Of a DNA stretch of 64,000 bases, positions 57,001 through 64,000 are shown piece by piece. Source of the DNA: the human T2T-CHM13v2.0 reference genome, Homo sapiens; NCBI RefSeq assembly GCF_009914755.1, contig NC_060933.1; one strand, written 5' to 3'. A program made the translations under genes and the position numbers. The notes beneath the pieces are model-generated. The model worked only from the letters and a program-made list of their open reading frames with translations. It searched no databases and had not been told where the DNA came from. Every line of letters begins with the position of its first letter. Position 1 is the stretch's first letter.

Positions 57001-58713
57001 CCATTCCATTCCATTCCATTCCGGATGATTTCATTCCATTGCATTCCATTCCATTCCATTCCCCTGCACTCAGGTTGATTCCATTCCATTCCATTCCATT
57101 ACATTCCATTCCATTCCGTTCCATTTCATTCTATTCAGGTTAATTCCATTCCATTCCATTCCACTCCATTCCAGTCCTTTCCATTCCATTCCACTCGGGT
57201 TGATTCCATTCTATTCCTTTTAATTCCATTCCATTCCATTGCAATCGAGTGGATTCCATTCGAGTTGAATCCATTCCATTCCATTCCATTCCATTCCATT
57301 GCACACGGGTTCATTCCATTCCATTCCATTCCATTCCATTCCATTCCATTCCATTCCATTCCATTCTATTCCATTTCATTCCATTCCATTCTATTCCGTA
57401 CCATTCCATTCCATCCCATTCCATTCCGTTCCATTCCATGCCATTACACTCGGGTTGATTCCATTCCTTTCCATTCCATTCTTGTTGAATCCATTCCATT
57501 CCACTCCATTCCATTCCATTCGAATCCATTCCATTGCACTCGGGTTGATTCCATTCCATTCCATTCCATTCCATTTCATTCCATTCCATTCCATTACATT
57601 CGGATTGATTCTATTCTATTCCCTTACACTCCATTCCATTCCATTCCATTCGGAATGTTTCCATTCCATTCCATTCCATTCCACTCCATTCCATTGCATC
57701 AGGTTGATTGCATTCCATTCCATTCCATTCCGGATGATTCCATTCCATTGCATTCCATTCCATTCCATTCCCCAGCACTCGAATTGATTCCATTCCATTC
57801 CATTGCATTCCATTCCATTCCATTCCATTCCGTTCCTTTCCATTCCATTCCATTCTATTCCGCTTAATTCCATTCCATTCCATTCGATTCCATTCCATTC
57901 CATTCCATTCCATTGCAATCGAGTTGATTCCATTCCATTCCATTCCATTCCGTTCCGGATGATTCCATTCCATTCCATTCCATTCCATTCCATTCCATTC
58001 CCGTGCAGTCGGGTTGATTCCATTCCATTCCATTCCATTCCATTCCATTCCATTCCATTCCATTCCGTTCAATTCCATTCCATTCCATTCTATTCGGGTT
58101 AATTCCATTCCATTCCATTCCATTCCATTCTATTCGGGTTAATTCCATTCTATTCCATTCCATTCCATTCCATTCTATTCCATTCCATTGCAATCGAGTT
58201 GAATCCATTGTATTTCATTCCATTCCATTCCATTCCATTCCATTCCATTCCATTCCATTCCTTTCCATTCCATTCCTTTCCATTCCATTACGGATGATTC
58301 CATTCCATTGCATTCCATTCCATTCCATTCCCCTGTACTCGGGTTGATTCCATTCCATTCCATTCCAATCCATGCCATTCCACTCGTGTTCATTCCATTC
58401 TTTCCATTCCATTCAAGTTGAATCCATTCCATTGCATTCCATTCCATTCGATTCCATTCGATTGCACTCGGGTTGATTCCATTGCATTGCATTCCATTCC
58501 ATTCCATTCCATTCCATTCCATTCCATTCCGTTCCATTCCATTCCATTCCATTACATTCGGATTGATTCTATTCAATTCCCTTACACTCCATTACATTCC
58601 ATTCCATTCGGGTAGTTTCCATTCCATTCCATTCCATTCCTCTCCATTCCATTGCACTCGGGTTGATTCCATTCCATTGCATTCCATTCCATTCCATTCA
58701 ATTGCATTCCGTT
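51059..58713. repeat. Near-identical ~3.82-kb tandem duplication (copy 1 ~51059-54871, copy 2 ~54872-58713)
   Basis: Offsets are 3813 (51111/54924, 51736/55549), 3818 (52974/56792, 53447/57265) and 3833 (54585/58418). Shared private motifs are cattgggattg, ccatggcattg, gagtggattcc, cggaatgtttcc and ccccagcactcgaattg. Confidence 0.92.
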
Positions 58714-59619
58714 CCATTCCATTCCATTACATTCGGATTGATTCTATTCAACTCCCTTACTCTCCATTACATTCCATTCCTTTCGGGTTGTTCCATTCCA
58801 TTCCATTCCATTCCACTCCATTCCATTGCACTCGGGTTGATTCCATTCCATTCCATTCCATTCCATTCCATTCCATTCCGGAAGATTCCATTCCATTGCA
58901 TTCCATTCCATTCCATTCCCCTGCACTCGCGTTGATTCCATTCCATTCCATTCCATTCCATTCCATTCCCTTCCTTTCCGTTCCATTCCATTCCATTCCA
59001 TTCCATTCCGTTCCGTTCCATTCCATTCCATTCCATTCTATTCGGGTTAATTCCATTCCATTCCATTCCATTCCATTCCATTCCATTCCATTCCATTCCA
59101 TTCCTTTCCGTTCCATTCCATTCCATTCCATTCCATTCCATTCCGTTCCGTTCCATTCCATTCCATTCCATTCTATTCGGGTTAATTCCATTCCATTCCA
59201 TTCGATTGCAATCGAGTTGATTCCATTTCATTCCATTCCATTCCATTCCATTCCATTCCATTCCATTCCGTTCCGTTCCATTCCATTCCATTCCATTCCA
59301 TTCTATTCGGGTTAATTCCATTCCATTCCATTCGATTGCAATCGAGTTGATTCCATTCCATTCCATTCCATTCCATTCCATTCCATTCCTTTCCATTCCA
59401 TTACAGATGATTCCATTCCATTGCATTCCATTCCATTCCATTCCCCTGTACTCGGGTTGATTCCATTCCATTCCATTCCAATCCATGCCATTCCACTCGT
59501 GTTGATTCCATTCTTTCCATTCCATTCAAGTTGAATCCATTCCATTGCATTCCATTCCATTCCATTCCCCTGCAGTCGGGTTGATTCCATTCCATTCCAT
59601 TCCATTCCATTCCATTCCA

Positions 59620-62050
59620 TTCCGTTCCGTTCCGTTCCGTTCCATTCCATTCCATTCCATTCTATTCGGGTTAATTCCATTCCATTCCATTCCATTCCAT
59701 TCCATTCCAATCGAGTTTATTCCATTCCATTCCATTCCATTCCATTCCATTCCACTCCATTCCAGTCCTTTCCATTCCATTCCACTCGGGTTGATTCCAA
59801 TGTATTCCTTTCCATTCCATTCCATTCCATTGCAATCGAGTTGATTCCATTGGTTTGCATTCCATTCCATTCCATTCCATTCCGGATGATTCCATTCCAT
59901 TGCATTCCATTCCATTCCATTCCCCTGCACTCGGGTTGATTCCATTCCATTCCACTCCATTCCGTTCCATTCCATTCCATTCTATTGTATTCGGGTTAAT
60001 TCCATTCCATTCCATTCCATTGCATTCCATTCCATTCCATTCCATTCCATTCCATTACAATAGAGTTGATTCCATTCCATTCCATTCCATTCCATTCCAG
60101 TCCTTTCCATTCCATTCCACTCGGGTTGATTCCATTCTATTAGTTTCCATTCCATTCCATTCCCTTCCATTCCACTCTGGTTGATTCCATTCCTTTCCAT
60201 TCCAGTCGAATACATTCCCTCCTATTCCACTCGGAACGATTCCATTCCATTCCATTCCATTCCATTCCATTCCATTCCAGTTCGTTCCATTCCGTTCTAT
60301 TCCGTAGCATTCCATTCCATTCCATTCCTTTCCATTCCATTCCTTTCCACTCGTGTTGATTCCATTCCTTTCCATTCCATTCGGTTTGAAGGCATTCCAT
60401 TCCATTCAATTCCATTCCATTCCATTCCATTCCATTCCATTCTATTCCATTCCATTGCAATCGAGTTGAATCCATTGCCTTTCATTCCATTCCATTCCAT
60501 TCCATTCCGGAAGATTCCATTCCATTGCATTCCATTCCATTCCATTCCCCTGCACTCGCGTTGATTCCATTCCATTCCATTCCATTCCATTCCGTTCCGT
60601 TCCATTCCATTCCATTCCATTCCATTCCATTCCGTTCCGTTCCATTCCATTCCATTCCATTCTATTCGGGTTAATTCCATTCTATTCCATTCGATTGCCA
60701 TCGAGTTGATTCCATTCCATTCCATTCCATTCCATTCCATTCCATTCCTTTCCATTCCATTACGGATGACTCCATTCCATTGCATTCCATTCCATTCCAT
60801 TCCCCTGTACTCGGGTTGATTCCATTCCATTCCATTCCACTCCATTCGGTTCCGTTGCATTCCATTCTATTGCATTCCATCTATTCGGGTTAATTCCATT
60901 CCATTCTATTCCATTCAATTCCATTCCATTCCATTCCATTCCATTCCATTCCATTGCAATGGAGTTGATTCCATTCCATTCCATTCCATTCCGGATGATT
61001 CCATTGCATTTCATTCCATTCCATTCCATTCCCCTGCACTCGTGTTGATTCCATTCCCTTCCATTCCATTCCATTCCGTTCCATTCCATTCCATTCCATT
61101 CTATTTCGTTTAATTCCATTCCATTCCATTCCATTCCATTCCATTCCATTGCAATCGAGTTGATTCCATTCCATTCCTTTCCATTACATTCCATTGCCTT
61201 GCATTCCACTCGGGTTGATTCCATTCCCTTCTTTCCACTCCTTTACTTTCCCTTCCATGATTGATTCCATTCCATTCCATTCCATTGCATTCCATTGCAA
61301 TCCATTCCAATCCATTCCATTCCATTCTATTCCACTCGAGTTGACTTTATTCCATTCCTTTCCATTCCATTCCATTCCTTTCCACTCGAGTTGATTCCAT
61401 TCCATTCCAATCCATTGCATTCCATTCCATGCCATTCCACTCGGGTTGATTCCATTCCTTTGCATTCCATTCCATTCCATTCCATTCCATTCCATTCCAT
61501 TCCGTTGCATTCCATTCCATTACATTCGCATTGATTCTATTCAACTCCCTTACTCTCCATTACATTCCATTCCATTCGGGTTGTTCCATTCCATTCCATT
61601 CCATTCCACTCCATTCCATTGCACTCGGGTTGATTCCATTCCATTCCATTCCATTCCATTCCTTTCCGGATGATTCCATTCCATTGCATTCCGTTCCATT
61701 ACATTCCCCTGCACTCGCGTTGATTCCATTCCATTCCATTCCTTTCCATTCAATTCCATTCCATTACAATTCGTTCCATTCCATTCTATTCCGTACCATT
61801 CCATTCCATTCCATACCATTCCATTCCATTCCATTCCATTCCATTCCATTCCATTCCGTTCCATTCCGTTCCATTCCAATCCATTCCATTCTATTCGGGT
61901 TAATCCCATTCCATTCCATTCCATTCCATTCTATTCCATTCCATTGCAATCGAGTTGAATCCATTGCATTTCATTCCATTCCATTCCATTCCATTCCATT
62001 CCGGAAGATTCCATTCCATTGCATTCCATTCCATGCCATTCCCCTGCACT
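59620..62050. repeat. Diverged dispersed paralog of ~44450-46700
   Basis: The same ordered set of rare motifs as 44450-46700. It carries ~265 bp (~60490-60760) that is absent near 45320, where the offset jumps from 15179 to 15444. Confidence 0.75.
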
Positions 62051-64000
62051 CGCTTTGATTCCATTCCATTCCATTCCATTCCATTCCATTCCATTCCGTT
62101 CCGTTCTATTCCATTCCATTCCATTCTATTCGGGTTAATTCCATTCCATTCCATTCGATTGCAATCGTGTTGATTCCATTCCATTGCATTCCATTCCATT
62201 CCATTCCATTCCATTCCATTCCTTTCCATTCCATTACGGATGATTCCATTCCATTGCATTCCATTCCATTCCATTCCCCTGTACTCGGGTTGATTCCATT
62301 CCATTGCATTCCAATCCATGCCCTTCCACTCGTGTTGATTCCATTCTTTCCATTCCATTCAAGTTGAATCCATTCCATTGCATTCCATTCCATTCGATTC
62401 CATTCGATTGCACTCGGGTTGATTCCATTCTATTGCATTCCATTCCATTCCATTCCATTCCATTCCATTCCATTCCGTTCCATTCCATTCCATCACATTC
62501 GGATTGATTCTATTCAATTCCCTTACACTCCATTACATTTCGTTCCATTCGGGTAGTTTCCATTCCATTCCATTCCATTCCTCTCCATTCCATTGCACTC
62601 GGGTTGATTGCATTCCATTGCATTCCATTCCATTCCATTCAATTCCATTCCATTCCATTCCATTTCATTCTATTCCATTGTACTCGGGTTGATTCCATTC
62701 CATTGCATTCCATTCCATTCCATTACGTTCCATTCCATTCCATTACTTTCGGGTTGATTCTATTCAACTCCCTTACTCTCCATTCCATTCCATTCCATTC
62801 CTGTTGTTCCATTCCATTCCATTCCATTCCACTCCATTCCATTGCACTGGGGTTGATTCCATTCCATTTCATTCCATTCCATTCAATTCCGGATGATTCC
62901 ATTCCATTGCATTCCGATCCATTTCATTCCCCTGCACTCGGGTTGATTCCATTCCATTCCATTCCATTCCATACCATTCCATTCGATTCCATTCCATTCC
63001 AATTCTTTCCATTCCATTCAATTCCGTACCATACCATTCCATTCCATACAATTCCATTCCATTCCATTCCATTCCATTCCATTCCATTCCGTTCCGTTCC
63101 ATTCCATTCCATTCCATTCTATTCCATTCCATTCCATTCCATTCTGTTCCGTTCCATTCCTTTCCATTCCATTCTATTCCATTCTATTCCATTCCATTGC
63201 AATCGAGTTGAATCTATTGCATTCCATTCCATTCCATTCCGGAAGACTACATTCCATTGCATTCCATTCCATTCCATTCCCCTGCACTCGCGTTGATTCC
63301 ATTCCATTCCATTCCATTCCATTCCATTCCATTCCATTCCATTCCATTCCTTTCCTTTCCATTCCATTGCATTCCATTCCATTCCGTTCCATTCCATTCC
63401 GTTCCGTTCCATTCCTTTCCATTCCATTCTATTCGGGTTAATTCCATTCCATTCCATTCGATTGCAATCGAGTTGATTCCATTCCATTCCATTCAATTCC
63501 ATTCCATTCCATTCCATTCCATTCCTTTCCATTCCATTACGGATGATTCAATTCCATTGCATTCCATTCCATTCCATTCCCTTGTACTCGGGTTGATTCC
63601 ATTCCATTGCATTCCAATCCATGCCATTCCACTCGTGTTGATTCCATTCTTTCCATTCCATTCAAGTTGAATCCATTCCATTGCATTCCATTCCATTCGA
63701 TTCCATTCGATTGCACTTGGGTTGATTCCATTCCATTGCATTCCATTCCATTCCATTCCATTGCATTCCATTCCATTCCGTTACATTCCATTTCATTACA
63801 TTCAGATTGATTCTTTTCAATTCCCTTACACTCCATTATATTCCAATCCATTCTGGTTGTTTCCATTCCATTCCATTCCATTTCACTCCATTCCATTGCA
63901 CTCGGGTTGATTCCATTCCATTCCATTCCATTGCATTCCATTATATTCCATTCCGGATGATTCCATTCCATTGCATTCCATTCCATTACATTCCCCTGCA

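Larger units (their letters stand above)
1..64000. repeat. Classical satellite III (HSat3) array, (CATTC)n/(GGAAT)n with interspersed CTCGGGTTG-type decamers; probably human pericentromeric heterochromatin (9q12/HSat3B-like)
   Basis: Every line is dominated by ATTCC pentamers, interrupted by ACTCGGGTTG, ATTCGGGTTA, AATCGAGTTG, ACTCGTGTTG and ACTCGCGTTG. The pentamer plus the CAACCCGAGT-type decamer is the established satellite III signature. The C-rich strand stays on + throughout. The family call is firm; subfamily and chromosome are inference. Confidence 0.98.

Noticed and set aside
94-63986. Hundreds of ORFs (MEWNG- and IPFHS-repeat peptides), including 432 aa at 13584-14882 and 378 aa at 34578-35714
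   Set aside because: Pure (CATTC)n has no stop codon in any of six frames, and three pentamers equal five codons, so overlapping ORFs arise in all frames. ORF ends track decamers and -1 slips, paralogs do not keep frame, and no domain-like sequence is present.
1-64000. CRISPR-like repeat/spacer appearance (decamers separated by variable tracts)
   Set aside because: The 'spacers' are ATTCC runs rather than unique sequence, their lengths are irregular, and there are no cas genes or leader.
1-64000. HSat2 or DYZ1 assignment
   Set aside because: The dominant CATTCGATGAT-type HSat2 units are absent (attcg is sporadic). There is no constant ~3.6-kb (DYZ1) or ~1.8-kb period.
1-64000. Transposon insertion, inversion, telomeric repeat or alpha satellite
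   Set aside because: I saw no poly(A), target-site duplication, TTAGGG run, 171-bp monomer, + strand GGAAT tract or non-pentameric stretch longer than a few tens of bases.
1-64000. A single global higher-order repeat of ~6.7 kb
   Set aside because: The period holds only for ~1.4-14.9 kb; other regions show unrelated offsets.

Overview
The whole 64-kb window is one uninterrupted classical satellite III (HSat3) array. It is built of (CATTC)n on + / (GGAAT)n on -, punctuated every ~30-100 bp by (A/T)CTCGGGTTG-type decamers and a small set of variant cassettes. I see no inversion, transposon insertion, unique sequence, RNA gene or credible protein-coding gene. All listed ORFs (MEWNG/IPFHS repeats) are arithmetic by-products of a stop-free 5-bp repeat. 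A recurrent ~150-bp cassette matches, from my recollection, the pHuR98 satellite III clone, which suggests the human 9q12 (HSat3B5-type) array; this needs an alignment to confirm. There is no single higher-order period. The array is a patchwork of nested tandem and dispersed duplications (offsets ~2.2, 2.7, 3.8, 6.1-6.4, 6.7, 9.2/11.2 and ~15.2-15.4 kb) with diagnostic indels. The most functionally suggestive signal is ~46 (manual count) perfect three-pentamer heat-shock elements (aTTCc-gGAAg-aTTCc) at a fixed cassette position. I found no evidence of a novel protein-based system. Duplication boundaries were read by eye and are approximate.
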